DNA from: Patescibacteria group bacterium
GTDB lineage: Bacteria; Patescibacteriota; Minisyncoccia; UBA6257; Colwellbacteraceae
Length of the DNA: 58,281 nt
NCBI GenBank assembly: GCA_023380305.1
Contig: JAMCQZ010000006.1
Coordinates: 1 to 58,281 of the forward strand
Reading direction: 5' to 3'
Positions 48,315 to 58,111 of the stretch are shown here, in pieces (position 1 is the stretch's first letter; the number at the start of each line of letters is the position of its first letter). The position numbers and the translations under genes were made by a program. The notes under the pieces are model-generated. The model ran no database searches. It was given only the letters and a program-made list of their open reading frames with translations, and was not told where the DNA came from.

Positions 48315-49927
48315 TGGACAAATCCGAAAATAAGAAAATTTATCTCAAAAGGAGCGAAACCGCGGCCTCGATTATTCAGAAGATACTGAACGCCCGCGAG
48401 CTGAAGGTAACCCTCGTCGTTCCCAAAGATTCGGTTCTCGCCGAAAACGGCAACAATTTTTATTTAATCTTCCGTGAAGCCTCGGCCATGGGCAAGCAGG
48501 TGAATATCGAGTCGAGCGACGATGACGTCATAAACCTTGCTTTGGCCTCCGGCTTCCAGGTAATCAATCCGGTTTTCAAAAAAGTGAAACGGGCCGTGGC
48601 CGACATTATTCCGGTTTCGGCTCCGGTAAAGCCGGGACGTCGCCCCCGGGTCAAGGCGACTTTCGAAGAAAAGCCGATTCCGGCGCCGGCAATCCAGGAG
48701 GAACCGAAAGAAGAGTCGGAAATCGAACCCGTCATCCACGAATATGAACCCGAACCCGGACCAGCGTCTCCGGAAGAACCGCGGAGGCCGAGGGGACTGA
48801 AAAAAATCGTTCTGGTTTCTTCGGGGATCGTTCTCGCCGGCGTTTTGGCGTATGCGGCGCTTTACGTGTTGCCGAGGGCGGACGTGAAATTGACTTTGGT
48901 GAAAACCGCCTGGGAGACGCCGATCGGCATTACCGCTTCCACCAAAGCGAATACGGAAACCGGACTTACCATTCCCGGGCAGGTGTTTGCCGTGAATAAA
49001 AACAACGTTTTCAGCGCGCCGGCGAGCGGCACCAAAAAAGTGGCGCAGAGCGCCACCGGCATTATCACCGTTTACAACGCCTATAGTTCGAGCAAGCAAT
49101 CCATCGTTAAAGGAACGCGCTTTATCACCACGGGCGGAAAGGTTTTTAAAACAACCAAGGCCGTTACCATTCCGGCCGCGGCCATCAACGAGGGGAAGAT
49201 CGTTCCTTCAAGCATCGATGTCGAGGTGGCGGCGGAAAAGCCCGGAACCGAATACAATCTTGCGGCTGGTCAGAGCTGGCGCATACCCGGATTTGAGGGC
49301 ACGCCGAAGTTTAACGGATTTTATGGAGAGTCCAAGGAGGCGATGGCGGGAGGGTTTGTCGGCGACGTCAAAGTGCCCACCGAAGCGGACATCGCCGCTT
49401 TGAGAGAAAGGTCCAGACAGGAGCTTTTAGCGATGGTTAAAACCGCCGGAGACATTGCCGTGCCCGAGGAATTAAAAACGATAAACGGCGCGACGTCGTA
49501 CGCCGTCGTTAAGGAAGAGGTGGTGAACGATGTCGACGAAAATGGCAATTTTAAAATGGTGCTTGCCGCCGAGACAAAAATCATGGCTTTCGACGAAAAA
49601 AGCGTCCGCAAGGTCGTCGAAGAAAAACTGAAAACAAGCGCTCCGGGCGAAGGCTATGAAATGAAAAATTACGAAATACGCTACGGCGAAGCTAGCGTTA
49701 ATTTTGGAACGGGCAAGGCGATTATTCCGCTTACCATCGTTTCGGAATGGATTAAGATTTTCGACGCCGCCGGGTTTAAGGCGGCTGTCGCCGGCAAATC
49801 AGAAGGGGAGGTCAATAATTATGTTGTGGGAAATCCGGAAATCCGGTCCGCGGTCGTTACCCTTTGGCCGTTCTGGGTAAGGAGCGTTCCCCGGGACGCG
49901 GATCGCGTCATCCTGACCCTCGAATAA
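48314..49927 (+). CDS. Single-pass membrane protein with a baseplate J/gp47-like domain
   Basis: Cytoplasmic N-domain, Pro/Glu linker, transmembrane helix, then ATG.ITVYN...GTRF.T..GKVF.T...VTIP...V.A..PG..YN...MAGG. Confidence 0.65.
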   Translation: MDKSENKKIYLKRSETAASIIQKILNARELKVTLVVPKDSVLAENGNNFYLIFREASAMGKQVNIESSDDDVINLALASGFQVINPVFKKVKRAVADIIPVSAPVKPGRRPRVKATFEEKPIPAPAIQEEPKEESEIEPVIHEYEPEPGPASPEEPRRPRGLKKIVLVSSGIVLAGVLAYAALYVLPRADVKLTLVKTAWETPIGITASTKANTETGLTIPGQVFAVNKNNVFSAPASGTKKVAQSATGIITVYNAYSSSKQSIVKGTRFITTGGKVFKTTKAVTIPAAAINEGKIVPSSIDVEVAAEKPGTEYNLAAGQSWRIPGFEGTPKFNGFYGESKEAMAGGFVGDVKVPTEADIAALRERSRQELLAMVKTAGDIAVPEELKTINGATSYAVVKEEVVNDVDENGNFKMVLAAETKIMAFDEKSVRKVVEEKLKTSAPGEGYEMKNYEIRYGEASVNFGTGKAIIPLTIVSEWIKIFDAAGFKAAVAGKSEGEVNNYVVGNPEIRSAVVTLWPFWVRSVPRDADRVILTLE

Positions 49928-49939
49928 AGGGGGCGGATA

Positions 49940-49969
49940 TTGACTCCAGCCGGGGCCTTGTGTTAGTAT
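49940..49969 (+). promoter_or_regulatory. Promoter of the infA-alpha operon
   Basis: TTGACT, 18 bp, TAGTAT, with a TG extension. Confidence 0.55.
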
Positions 49970-49977
49970 TTTCCTAC

Positions 49978-50175
49978 ATGATAGAAAAAGGCGTTGTTCT
50001 TGAAGCTCTCCCGGCTGTCAATTTTCGAGTTGAGCTGGAGGGCGGAAAAGAAGTTCTCGCGTATCTATCTGGCCGCATGCGGCAGAATCACATTAAGGTT
50101 TTGCCCGGCGACAAAGTGACGGTGGAGATGTCTCCCTACGATGATAAAAGAGGACGCATCACCCGTAGGCTTTAA
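49978..50175 (+). CDS. infA: Translation initiation factor IF-1
   Basis: [41 protein letters not shown]. Start at 49978. Confidence 0.95.
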   Translation: MIEKGVVLEALPAVNFRVELEGGKEVLAYLSGRMRQNHIKVLPGDKVTVEMSPYDDKRGRITRRL

Positions 50176-50207
50176 AAATCTATAAACCATAGTCAAGAAT
50201 CATCGGT

Positions 50208-50324
50208 ATGAAAGTCAGACCATCGGTGAAAAAAATTTGTAAGGATTGCAAGATTGTCCGCCGCCGAGGGCGGATTTATGTGGTTTGCAAGAAAACCCCG
50301 AAACATAAGCAAAGACAAGGATAG
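50208..50324 (+). CDS. rpmJ: 50S ribosomal protein L36
   Basis: Translated by hand: [38 protein letters not shown]. Too short for the ORF track. Confidence 0.97.
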   Translation: MKVRPSVKKICKDCKIVRRRGRIYVVCKKTPKHKQRQG

Positions 50325-50328
50325 TTAA

Positions 50329-50712
50329 ATGCGATTAATAGGTATAAATATTCCAGACGAAAAGCGCATCGAAGTGGCGCTTACTTATATTTACGGCATC
50401 GGTCCGGCTGTTTCCAAAAAAATTCTGACCGAAACCAAAATTGATCCCGACAAACGGGCCAAAAATCTTGATCCGGGCGAAATAAGCCTCTTAAAGGATT
50501 CTATCGAGAAAAACTGCAAGATCGAAGGAGAGTTGAGACAGATTGTCCGCCAGAACATCGGCCGTTTGAAGGATATTCAGTGCTACCGCGGCGCGAGACA
50601 CGCGAGAAAGCTTCCGGTTCGCGGACAGCGTACCAAAACCAATTCCCGGACGGTCCGCGGGAACGTGAGAAAAACCGCCGTTAGCGGCAAAAGAAAAGTC
50701 GAGCTGAAATAA
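50329..50712 (+). CDS. rpsM: 30S ribosomal protein S13
   Basis: IEVALTYIYGIG, YRGARH..KLPVRGQRTKTNSRT. Confidence 0.97.
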   Translation: MRLIGINIPDEKRIEVALTYIYGIGPAVSKKILTETKIDPDKRAKNLDPGEISLLKDSIEKNCKIEGELRQIVRQNIGRLKDIQCYRGARHARKLPVRGQRTKTNSRTVRGNVRKTAVSGKRKVELK

Positions 50713-50727
50713 TCTCGAAAGACCACC

Positions 50728-51165
50728 ATGGGTAAAAAGAAAGTAGTTTCGAAACAAGAGAATATCGCTGAAGGAGAAGAAAAGCAGGCCAAGGCGACCG
50801 CTAAGAAGTCTTCAAAAAGCATCGACTCCGGCAGGATCTACATCAACGTTTCTTTCAACAACACCATCATCACCGTAACCGACAGCCGCGGCAACGTGGT
50901 TACCTGGGCCTCGGCCGGATCGCTCGGTTTTGCCGGTCCGAAAAAAGCGACTCCGTTTGCCGCCCAGAAGATTATCGCCGCTATCGCCGAAAAAATCGCG
51001 AAGACCGGCCCCTTCAATGTCGACGTTATCGTTTCGGGTGTTTCCGTCGGCCGGGATTCGGCCATCAGGTCCCTGGTGAATCACGGTTTCAATATTTTGT
51101 CGATCAAAGACGTGACTCCGGTGCCGCACAATGGTCCGCGGCCGAAAAAGCCGAGGAGAGTTTAA
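50728..51165 (+). CDS. rpsK: 30S ribosomal protein S11
   Basis: SFNNTIIT, KKATPFAAQ, DVTPVPHNGPRPKKPRRV. Confidence 0.97.
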   Translation: MGKKKVVSKQENIAEGEEKQAKATAKKSSKSIDSGRIYINVSFNNTIITVTDSRGNVVTWASAGSLGFAGPKKATPFAAQKIIAAIAEKIAKTGPFNVDVIVSGVSVGRDSAIRSLVNHGFNILSIKDVTPVPHNGPRPKKPRRV

Positions 51166-51174
51166 TTTGTAACC

Positions 51175-51789
51175 ATGACAAGAAGAATTTTGGAGAAAAA
51201 GGAAAGAAGATTGGGAGCGAAGCTTTTTTTGAAAGCCGATCGCTGTTTTTCGGCCAAGTGCGCCGAAGTGAAGAAGCCTTATGCTCCGGGGCAACACGGA
51301 AAGGGTCGGAGGCGCCAAGGTGAATACGGCAAACAGATGGCGGAAAAGCAGAAGGTTCGTTTCACTTACGGCTTGACCGAAGCTGAAATGAAAAAGGCGT
51401 TTGTCATGGGCGAGCAGAGCAAGGAGCCGACTGACGTCGCCTTGGTAAAAAATCTGGAGAGCCGCCTGGACAATATCGTTTTTCGCCTGGGGTTCGCGCC
51501 TTCCCGCCGAGTGGCGAGCCAGCTTGTCGGACACGGCCATATCGCGGTGAACGGCAGAAAGGTTACCATTCCCTCGATGCGTTTGCGGCCGGGGGACAAA
51601 ATCGCTTTTCGAAAAGAGTCAGCCGATCACCCGATCGCCAAGGAAGCGGGGAATCGCTTGAAGCAGTATGAACCGCCGACCTGGTTGAAATTGGATAAAG
51701 AAAAAATGATCGGCGAGATGGTCGCCCAGCCCAAAGATATCGACATGCCTTTTGACTTGGAATTAGTCGTAAACTTTTATTCAAAATAA
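51175..51789 (+). CDS. rpsD: 30S ribosomal protein S4
   Basis: PGQHG, EKQKVRFTYG, LESRLDNIVFRLGFA, QLVGHGH. Confidence 0.97.
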   Translation: MTRRILEKKERRLGAKLFLKADRCFSAKCAEVKKPYAPGQHGKGRRRQGEYGKQMAEKQKVRFTYGLTEAEMKKAFVMGEQSKEPTDVALVKNLESRLDNIVFRLGFAPSRRVASQLVGHGHIAVNGRKVTIPSMRLRPGDKIAFRKESADHPIAKEAGNRLKQYEPPTWLKLDKEKMIGEMVAQPKDIDMPFDLELVVNFYSK

Positions 51790-51793
51790 AAAA

Positions 51794-52552
51794 ATGCAAT
51801 ACGCGCTTTTAAGCGAAACAGTTAATATCAAAACAATTTCCGAAGATAACAAAGTCGGGAAGTTCAGCGTCGAAGGCCTTTATCCGGGTTACGGCCTCAC
51901 CTTGGGGAACAGCCTTCGTCGGGTGCTTTTGTCTTCCTTGCCCGGCGCGGCGGTTACCCAATTTAAGGTGAAAGGGATCCTGCACGAATTTTCGACTATT
52001 CCGGGAGTGATGGAAGACGTGGTGGAAATCGGGTTGAATTTGAAAAAGATCAGGTTCCAATTTTTTGCCGACGAGCCGCAGGTTTTGACCTTGAAAGTCA
52101 AAGGGGAGAAGGACGTCTCCGCCAGAGACATCGAAGCGAACAGCCAGGTGATCGTCGCCAATCCCGACGAGCATCTTTTCACAGTTACCGACAAGAAAGC
52201 CGACATCGAAATGGAGATCACCGTCGATAAGGGCTTGGGATACGTCCCAGTGGAAAGGAGAAAAACCGAAAAATTGGAAATCGGAGTCGTCGCTTTGGAC
52301 GCCATTTTTACGCCGGTTCAGGCGGTGAGTTTCAAGGTGGAGAATATGCGCGTCGGCGATCGTACCGATTACAACAGGCTGGATTTGGAAATCACGACCG
52401 ACGGGACGATCAGCCCGTCTGACGCCCTTCATAAAGCCGGAAACATTTTGCTCGACCACTTCAAAAAAATCTCGGAGGTGAACGTCAAAGAATTGTCGGC
52501 CGGAAAGCCGGAAAAGAAGAAGACCCGATCGGCTGACGCTAAAGAAGAATAA
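51794..52552 (+). CDS. rpoA: RNA polymerase alpha subunit, N-terminal domain only
   Basis: GYGLTLGNSLRRVLLSSLPG, HEFSTIPGV, DAIFTPV, RTDYNRL. Stops at 252 aa. Confidence 0.96.
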   Translation: MQYALLSETVNIKTISEDNKVGKFSVEGLYPGYGLTLGNSLRRVLLSSLPGAAVTQFKVKGILHEFSTIPGVMEDVVEIGLNLKKIRFQFFADEPQVLTLKVKGEKDVSARDIEANSQVIVANPDEHLFTVTDKKADIEMEITVDKGLGYVPVERRKTEKLEIGVVALDAIFTPVQAVSFKVENMRVGDRTDYNRLDLEITTDGTISPSDALHKAGNILLDHFKKISEVNVKELSAGKPEKKKTRSADAKEE

Positions 52553-52554
52553 TT

Positions 52555-52905
52555 ATGAACCACAGCCATAAGGGAAGAAAATTTGGGAGAAAAGCCGGAG
52601 ACCGCCGGCAATTCGTCAAAGGGTTGCTGAACAATTTGGTTATTCGCGAATCCATCAAGACTACCGAGGCGAGAGCTAAGGAAATCAGGCCCTTGGCGGA
52701 GAAGCTTGTTACTTTGGCGAAAAAGCAGGATTTGGCCTCGATGAGGCTGTTGCTTAGCCGTCTCAACAAGAAAGCGGCTATGAAGATTTATCATGAAATT
52801 GCGCCGAAGTATAAAGAGAGGAAGGGCGGTTATTTGAGAATCGTCAAACTGGGAATCGTGCGCAAGAGGGACGGCGCGCCCTGGGTGGAAATAAAGTTTG
52901 TTTAA
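52555..52905 (+). CDS. rplQ: 50S ribosomal protein L17
   Basis: GRKFGR, IKTTEARAKE, KERKGGYLRI.KLG..RKRDGA. Confidence 0.97.
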   Translation: MNHSHKGRKFGRKAGDRRQFVKGLLNNLVIRESIKTTEARAKEIRPLAEKLVTLAKKQDLASMRLLLSRLNKKAAMKIYHEIAPKYKERKGGYLRIVKLGIVRKRDGAPWVEIKFV

Positions 52906-52906
52906 T

Positions 52907-53248
52907 ATGGAACATATCATTGACGCGAAAAATCAAAAAATGGGCCGTTTGGCGACGAAAATCGCCAATATCTTGCAGGGCAAGCACACAGCCGGTTACA
53001 ACCCCCGTTTGGAAGGAGAGGACAAGGTAATCGTCAAAAACGTGGGGAAAATCGAGCTTTCAGGAAAGAAAGTCGAGCAGAAGGTTTATCATCGTCACAC
53101 GGGCTATATGGGTCATTTGAAAACCACGACCTACAAGCAGGTTTCGGAAAAAGATCCGACCTGGGCTTTGAGGCACGCGGTCCGCGGCATGTTGCCCAAA
53201 AATTCCCTGCAAGCAAAAAGGTTGAAGAGACTTATTATTGAAAAATAA
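52907..53248 (+). CDS. rplM: 50S ribosomal protein L13 (short, 113 aa)
   Basis: IIDA....GRLAT.IA..L.GKH, HTGYMG, AVRGMLPKN. Start reassigned to 52907. Confidence 0.95.
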   Translation: MEHIIDAKNQKMGRLATKIANILQGKHTAGYNPRLEGEDKVIVKNVGKIELSGKKVEQKVYHRHTGYMGHLKTTTYKQVSEKDPTWALRHAVRGMLPKNSLQAKRLKRLIIEK

Positions 53249-53655
53249 TGGCGAAAGAAACTAACAAAGAAAGCAAATATTTCGAAGCCGTCGGCCGGAG
53301 AAAAACAGCCGTGGCCCGCGTCCGGATTATTCCGGGCGGAACAGGTTTTACGGTGAACGACCTGGACTACAAAAAATATTTTAAGACCGATCGCGAGCGC
53401 CTAAGCGCTTACGCGCCGTTCAAACTTGTCGCCGTCGACAAAGTCGGCGTGAGCGTCAAAGCGGCTGGCAGCGGTCTGCCGAGTCAGGCCGAAGCCGTTT
53501 CTCTGGGCATATCCAGAGCTCTCTTAAAAATGAACGCGGAGGCGAGACCGATACTCAAAGCCGCAGGGCTTCTGACGAGGGATCCGCGCATGGTTGAAAG
53601 GAAGAAGTACGGCTTGAAGAAAGCCAGGCGCGCTCCGCAGTGGGCCAAGCGTTAA
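53248..53655 (+). CDS. rpsI: 30S ribosomal protein S9
   Basis: GRRKTAVARV, LLTRDPRMVERKKYGLKKARRAPQWAKR. Confidence 0.97.
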   Translation: MAKETNKESKYFEAVGRRKTAVARVRIIPGGTGFTVNDLDYKKYFKTDRERLSAYAPFKLVAVDKVGVSVKAAGSGLPSQAEAVSLGISRALLKMNAEARPILKAAGLLTRDPRMVERKKYGLKKARRAPQWAKR

Positions 53656-53669
53656 ACTTCGTCCAGCCG

Positions 53670-54359
53670 ATGAATAAACCCCTTCTTTCCGTCGTCATTC
53701 CCGCTTATCAAAGCGGCAGAGATTTGCCGCTTACCCTTATAGACGCGGATAAGTTTTTAAGAGAGGCCGGATTCGAATATGAGATTGTCGTGGCCGACGC
53801 CAAGTCGGCCGATCAGACGGCGGATATAGTCCGCCGTTTTTCAGCTCTTGTGAGGAATCTTAAGTTGTTTTCGGGAGAAGCGGCGGGACATTGCGGTCAA
53901 GCCCTGCGAGCCGGCATCCGGAACGCTTCCGGTGAATTCGTGGCGCTCCTGGATCCTATTTTTTCCAAACCGGGAGAAATTCTGTCCGAGTTGTCTTCGG
54001 CTTTTGCCGCGGACAAAGCCAGGGTATTCGATGTTTTTATCGCCGCGAACGTCCGCAACCGGAACAGCTTCGCGGCGAAATCTCTCCTCGGCGTTAAATC
54101 CGGAGACCCGTTCTTCGGAGCCGCGGGCTTTAATCGCCGACGCGCCGACGAGGTTTTTTCGAAAATAAGGCTGTCTGGTCCAGGAGCGTTTTGGGAGGTG
54201 ATCGCCGTCGCGAATCAGATGGGTCTTAAAATCAAGACGGTGGATTTAGACGCGGAACAGATGCGGCCCCGCGGATTTTTTGAAGATCTCGGTTCGATGC
54301 TGCGGATCGCCTACGGGCTTCGCCGGGACGTTTATCATTTGAAAAATAAAAATAATTAA
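53670..54359 (+). CDS. GT2 family glycosyltransferase-like protein with degenerate motifs
   Basis: LSVVIPAY, YEIVVAD..S.D.T. The DxD position reads LDPI. Start reassigned to 53670. Confidence 0.7.
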   Translation: MNKPLLSVVIPAYQSGRDLPLTLIDADKFLREAGFEYEIVVADAKSADQTADIVRRFSALVRNLKLFSGEAAGHCGQALRAGIRNASGEFVALLDPIFSKPGEILSELSSAFAADKARVFDVFIAANVRNRNSFAAKSLLGVKSGDPFFGAAGFNRRRADEVFSKIRLSGPGAFWEVIAVANQMGLKIKTVDLDAEQMRPRGFFEDLGSMLRIAYGLRRDVYHLKNKNN

Positions 54360-54367
54360 AAAACAAA

Positions 54368-54829
54368 ATGAATTATTATTTATCAGCTGCAAGGCTCGAG
54401 GAATTAAAAAAGGAATTGGTCGAGTTGAAAACCGTCAAACGCATTGAAATTTCCGACAGAATCAAAAAAGCCAAGGAGTACGGCGACCTTTCGGAAAATG
54501 CCGAATACGAGAACGCGCGTGAGGAACAGGACAGAATAGAAAGCCGGATCGAGGAATTGGAAGACATCATCAAAAGCGCCGTTACCATTAAAAAAGCCAC
54601 CCAACAGGAAACCGTCGACATCGGCTCGACCGTCGAGGTTGCCCGCAACGGGGAAAAAAGGAAAGTGGTGATCGTCGGTTCGAACGAGACCAGGCCCGAA
54701 GAGGGATTGATTTCAAACGAATCGCCGCTCGGCCGCGCCCTTCTCGGAAAGAAAGTCGGCGACGAGGCTGTTTTTAAAAATCCGGCAGGCAAGGAAATAA
54801 CGTATTTGGTGACCAAAATAGGCGAATAA
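54368..54829 (+). CDS. greA: Transcription elongation factor GreA
   Basis: YGDLSENAEY, ISNESPLGRALLGKKVGD. Confidence 0.96.
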   Translation: MNYYLSAARLEELKKELVELKTVKRIEISDRIKKAKEYGDLSENAEYENAREEQDRIESRIEELEDIIKSAVTIKKATQQETVDIGSTVEVARNGEKRKVVIVGSNETRPEEGLISNESPLGRALLGKKVGDEAVFKNPAGKEITYLVTKIGE

Positions 54830-54839
54830 GCGTTTTTAC

Positions 54840-54870
54840 ATCTCCCTCGGCTGGCCGAGGGAGATTTTTA
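54840..54870 (+). terminator. Intrinsic terminator after greA
   Basis: TCTCCCTCGG-ctgg-CCGAGGGAGA-TTTTT. Confidence 0.8.
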
Positions 54871-54919
54871 TTCGGATTTGTAAATAAGGAGAAATGGTTT
54901 AAGATTATTAGACAAAACC

Positions 54920-56254
54920 ATGCTGGAAGACATCATCGAGGCGCGCAGAAAAAAATTGGAAATTCTCCGCGAAGAGGGAATCAATCCTTATCCGGCGAGA
55001 GTAAAAAGGACGATGTCCGTGGCCGAAGCCGTGGCCGGGTTCGCTAAATTGAGCAGGGAGAAAAAGAAGCTTTATCTTTCCGGCAGGGTGATGTCACTCC
55101 GCGACCAAGGCGGGGTGATTTTCGCGGATATCGACGACGGTACCGGAAAAATTCAGGCCGTTCTCACCAAGAAAAATCTGAAAGATTTTAAACTATTGAA
55201 GGAGGTTTTCGATACGGGCGACTTCATGGAAGTCGGCGGAGTTCTCTTCAAGACCAAGAAAGGAGAGAAAAGTATCGAAGCCAAATCTTCCCGGATGGCC
55301 GGCAAGGCGTTGAGGCCGGTCCCTTCGAGCTGGTTCGGCCTTGACGACGTCGAGGAGCGGTTCAGAAAACGCTATCTTGACATCATGTTGAACCAGGACG
55401 TCAAAAATGATTTGGTGCTGCGTTCGGAAATCATAAGCGGCATCCGCGAGACTTTGAATTGCGAAGGATTCATGGAGGTGGAAACCCCGATGCTCCAACC
55501 GATTCCGGGCGGGGCGCTCGCGCGGCCGTTCGCCACCCACCACAACGCCCTGGATGCCGATTTCTATCTTCGGGTGGCGCCGGAGCTTTACTTAAAGAGG
55601 CTTCTGGTTGCCGGTTTTCCGAAAGTTTTCGAGATCGGCCGCAACTTTAGGAACGAAGGCATGGACCGCGAGCACAATCCGGAGTTTACCATGATCGAGC
55701 TTTACTGGGCTTACCAGGACTATGAAGGCTTGATGAAATTCACCGAGAAGCTTTTGAAGAAATTTATTCCGGGCAAATACGGCCGAATCACCTACAGCGA
55801 GGCGATGAAAAAATACGCCGGTCGGGACGTGACAAAAATTCCGGGGGAAAAAATAGACGAGATTTTCAAAAAAGAGGTGCGTCCGAAACTGGTGAAGCCG
55901 GTTTTTCTGACCGACCATCCGAAAGCGATTTCTCCGCTCGCCAAAATTGACGAAAAAGATCCCCGTTTCGTCGAGAGATTTCAACTTATCGTCAAGGGCA
56001 CCGAGGTGGCCAACGCTTTCTCGGAATTGAACGATCCGATCGATCAGCGCGAGCGCATGGAAGAACAGGAGCGCCGTTATCGCGCCGGCGATCCCGAGAC
56101 GACCAGGTTTGACGAGGATTTCATCGAGGCCATCGAGTACGGCATGCCGCCGGCGGCTGGCATCGGCATCGGCATCGACCGCCTGGTATCGCTTATCACC
56201 GGCAAGCCCGTAAAAGAAATAATTATTTTCCCGACCCTAAGGCCGAAAAAATAA
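54920..56254 (+). CDS. lysS: Lysine--tRNA ligase, class II
   Basis: OB-fold GRVMSLR, GGALARPFATHHN, YLRVAPELYLKRL, FRNEG...HNPEF, YGMPP..G.GIDRL. Confidence 0.97.
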   Translation: MLEDIIEARRKKLEILREEGINPYPARVKRTMSVAEAVAGFAKLSREKKKLYLSGRVMSLRDQGGVIFADIDDGTGKIQAVLTKKNLKDFKLLKEVFDTGDFMEVGGVLFKTKKGEKSIEAKSSRMAGKALRPVPSSWFGLDDVEERFRKRYLDIMLNQDVKNDLVLRSEIISGIRETLNCEGFMEVETPMLQPIPGGALARPFATHHNALDADFYLRVAPELYLKRLLVAGFPKVFEIGRNFRNEGMDREHNPEFTMIELYWAYQDYEGLMKFTEKLLKKFIPGKYGRITYSEAMKKYAGRDVTKIPGEKIDEIFKKEVRPKLVKPVFLTDHPKAISPLAKIDEKDPRFVERFQLIVKGTEVANAFSELNDPIDQRERMEEQERRYRAGDPETTRFDEDFIEAIEYGMPPAAGIGIGIDRLVSLITGKPVKEIIIFPTLRPKK

Positions 56255-56264
56255 ATTTGATAAA

Positions 56265-57500
56265 ATGATCGACATTAATTTGATTCGGGAAAATCCCGAT
56301 AAAGTAAGGAAAGGAATCGAGCGCAAGCATTACGACGCCGGATTGGTCGACGCTTTTTTGAAGATCGACGCCGATTGGCGCGCCAACAAGCAGGAGGCGG
56401 ATGAATTGCGGGCCAAGCAGAAAACTTTCGGTCCGGAATCGCGAGACGAAGCCAAGGCCGTCAAAGAGAAAGTCGCCGAGAAAGAGGCGGTAATCTCCGG
56501 CCTGGAAAAAGAAAGGCAAAGGGTTTTGGAACAGATTCCCAATATTCCGGCCGATGACGTCCCCGAGGGCAAAGACGACAGCGAAAACGTTGTTTTGAGG
56601 CAAGTCGGAGAGCGGCCGCAATTCGATTTCGAGCCGAAGGATTATCTGACCTTGGCCGGGCGGCTAATCGACACCGAGCAGGCGGTCAAGGTCGCTTCCA
56701 GCCGGTTCGGATATATTTTTGGCGATTTGGCGAGGTTGGAATTCGCCTTGGTAAAGCTCGCCATGGACACGCTCGAGCCCTACGGATTCGTCCCGACGAT
56801 CCCGCCGGTGATGGTCAAACCGGAAGTCATGCGGGGGATGGGAAAGCAAAAGTTTTTGGAAGCCGGGGACGCCTTTTATCTGCAGGACGACAATCTTTAT
56901 CTCGTCGGAAGCTCCGAACATTCGATTGGACCATTTCATATGGACAATATTTTGGAAGAAGAAACGTTGCCGAGGCGCTATATGGGATTTTCTACCTGTT
57001 TCCGGCGCGAAGCCGGGAGTTACGGCAAGGACACCAAGGGCATACTGCGCGTGCACCAATTCGACAAAGTGGAAATGTTTTCTTTTTCCAAGCCCGAGGA
57101 TTCGGAAGAAGAGCACAAGTTTTTGCTTGGAAGAGAAGAGGAGATGCTTGGCAAGCTGAAATTGCCCTACCAAGTGATGGCCATCTGCACCGGAGACATG
57201 GGCTTCGGCGATTATCGTCAATTCGACGTGGAGACATGGCTTCCGGGACAGGGGAAATACCGCGAAACGATGTCTTGCTCGAACACCGGCGATTTTCAGT
57301 CGAGGGGGCTGAATATTAAATACCGGGTGAAATCAACCGGAGAGTTGAAATACATTCACACTTTGAACGCGACCGCTTTCGCCATCGGCCGAATGCTTAT
57401 CGCCATTTTGGAAAATTATCAGACAAAGGCGGGAGACGTCTTGGTCCCGGAGGCCTTGCAGGCTTTCGTCGGAAAGGAAAAATTATCCATTCCTAAATAA
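56265..57500 (+). CDS. serS: Serine--tRNA ligase
   Basis: MIDINLIRENP, coiled-coil arm, CFRREAGSYGKDTKGILRVHQFDKVE, HTLNATA.A.GR. Confidence 0.97.
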   Translation: MIDINLIRENPDKVRKGIERKHYDAGLVDAFLKIDADWRANKQEADELRAKQKTFGPESRDEAKAVKEKVAEKEAVISGLEKERQRVLEQIPNIPADDVPEGKDDSENVVLRQVGERPQFDFEPKDYLTLAGRLIDTEQAVKVASSRFGYIFGDLARLEFALVKLAMDTLEPYGFVPTIPPVMVKPEVMRGMGKQKFLEAGDAFYLQDDNLYLVGSSEHSIGPFHMDNILEEETLPRRYMGFSTCFRREAGSYGKDTKGILRVHQFDKVEMFSFSKPEDSEEEHKFLLGREEEMLGKLKLPYQVMAICTGDMGFGDYRQFDVETWLPGQGKYRETMSCSNTGDFQSRGLNIKYRVKSTGELKYIHTLNATAFAIGRMLIAILENYQTKAGDVLVPEALQAFVGKEKLSIPK

Positions 57501-57504
57501 AAAG

Positions 57505-58092
57505 ATGCGCCGGTTTGCTCGGCTCATATTACTTGTAGGCGCCGTCTGCGGGCTGGCGTTGTTTTGGAAAGCGAACTCGCAATCCCTGGCGGGTTTTAAA
57601 GATCGGATTTTGGCTAAAGCGACCGGAATTTACCATAAACTTTTTCGTCGCGATTCGGCCGCGCCGGGACCAATTCCGGAGACGGGAACGATAATCTGGT
57701 GCGGCGAGCAATGTTTTTGGCTCAACCGGGACGGTATGCTTCTGGACGGCGCTCCGGAGACCGAGGGGAGCCTCATTAAAACAGCCAGGGTTTCTTTATT
57801 ATCCGAAATAAAAACCGGAGATCGGGTCCTCGAGCAGTCGGAAGCGGAAAACCTTTATCAGATTTCCGAACTCATGAAGCAGTTCGGGTTCAATTTCAGC
57901 GCGATTGATCTCGGAGACTTGTCGCTCAAGGAAGCGACCATCGAAATCGCTTCCGGGACCAAATTTTATTTCAGCCTCAAAAATTCTCCGGATTTCGCCA
58001 GACCCGTCGTCGAATCGTTGACGAGCTCTGGGGAGATCCAAGGGCTCCGATATATCGATTTCCGCATGGAAAACAGGGCTTATTACAAATAA
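57505..58092 (+). CDS. FtsQ/DivIB-like membrane protein
   Basis: N-terminal anchor, CFWLNRDG, C-terminal YIDFRMENRAYYK similar to the FtsQ end motif YxDLR. Confidence 0.55.
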   Translation: MRRFARLILLVGAVCGLALFWKANSQSLAGFKDRILAKATGIYHKLFRRDSAAPGPIPETGTIIWCGEQCFWLNRDGMLLDGAPETEGSLIKTARVSLLSEIKTGDRVLEQSEAENLYQISELMKQFGFNFSAIDLGDLSLKEATIEIASGTKFYFSLKNSPDFARPVVESLTSSGEIQGLRYIDFRMENRAYYK

Positions 58093-58111
58093 GCCTTCGA
58101 TTTTTGAATTT

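Noticed and set aside
48314-49927. Prophage or contractile injection system suggested by the baseplate-J-like domain
   Set aside because: No sheath, tube, terminase, capsid or integrase genes nearby, and the protein is membrane-anchored.
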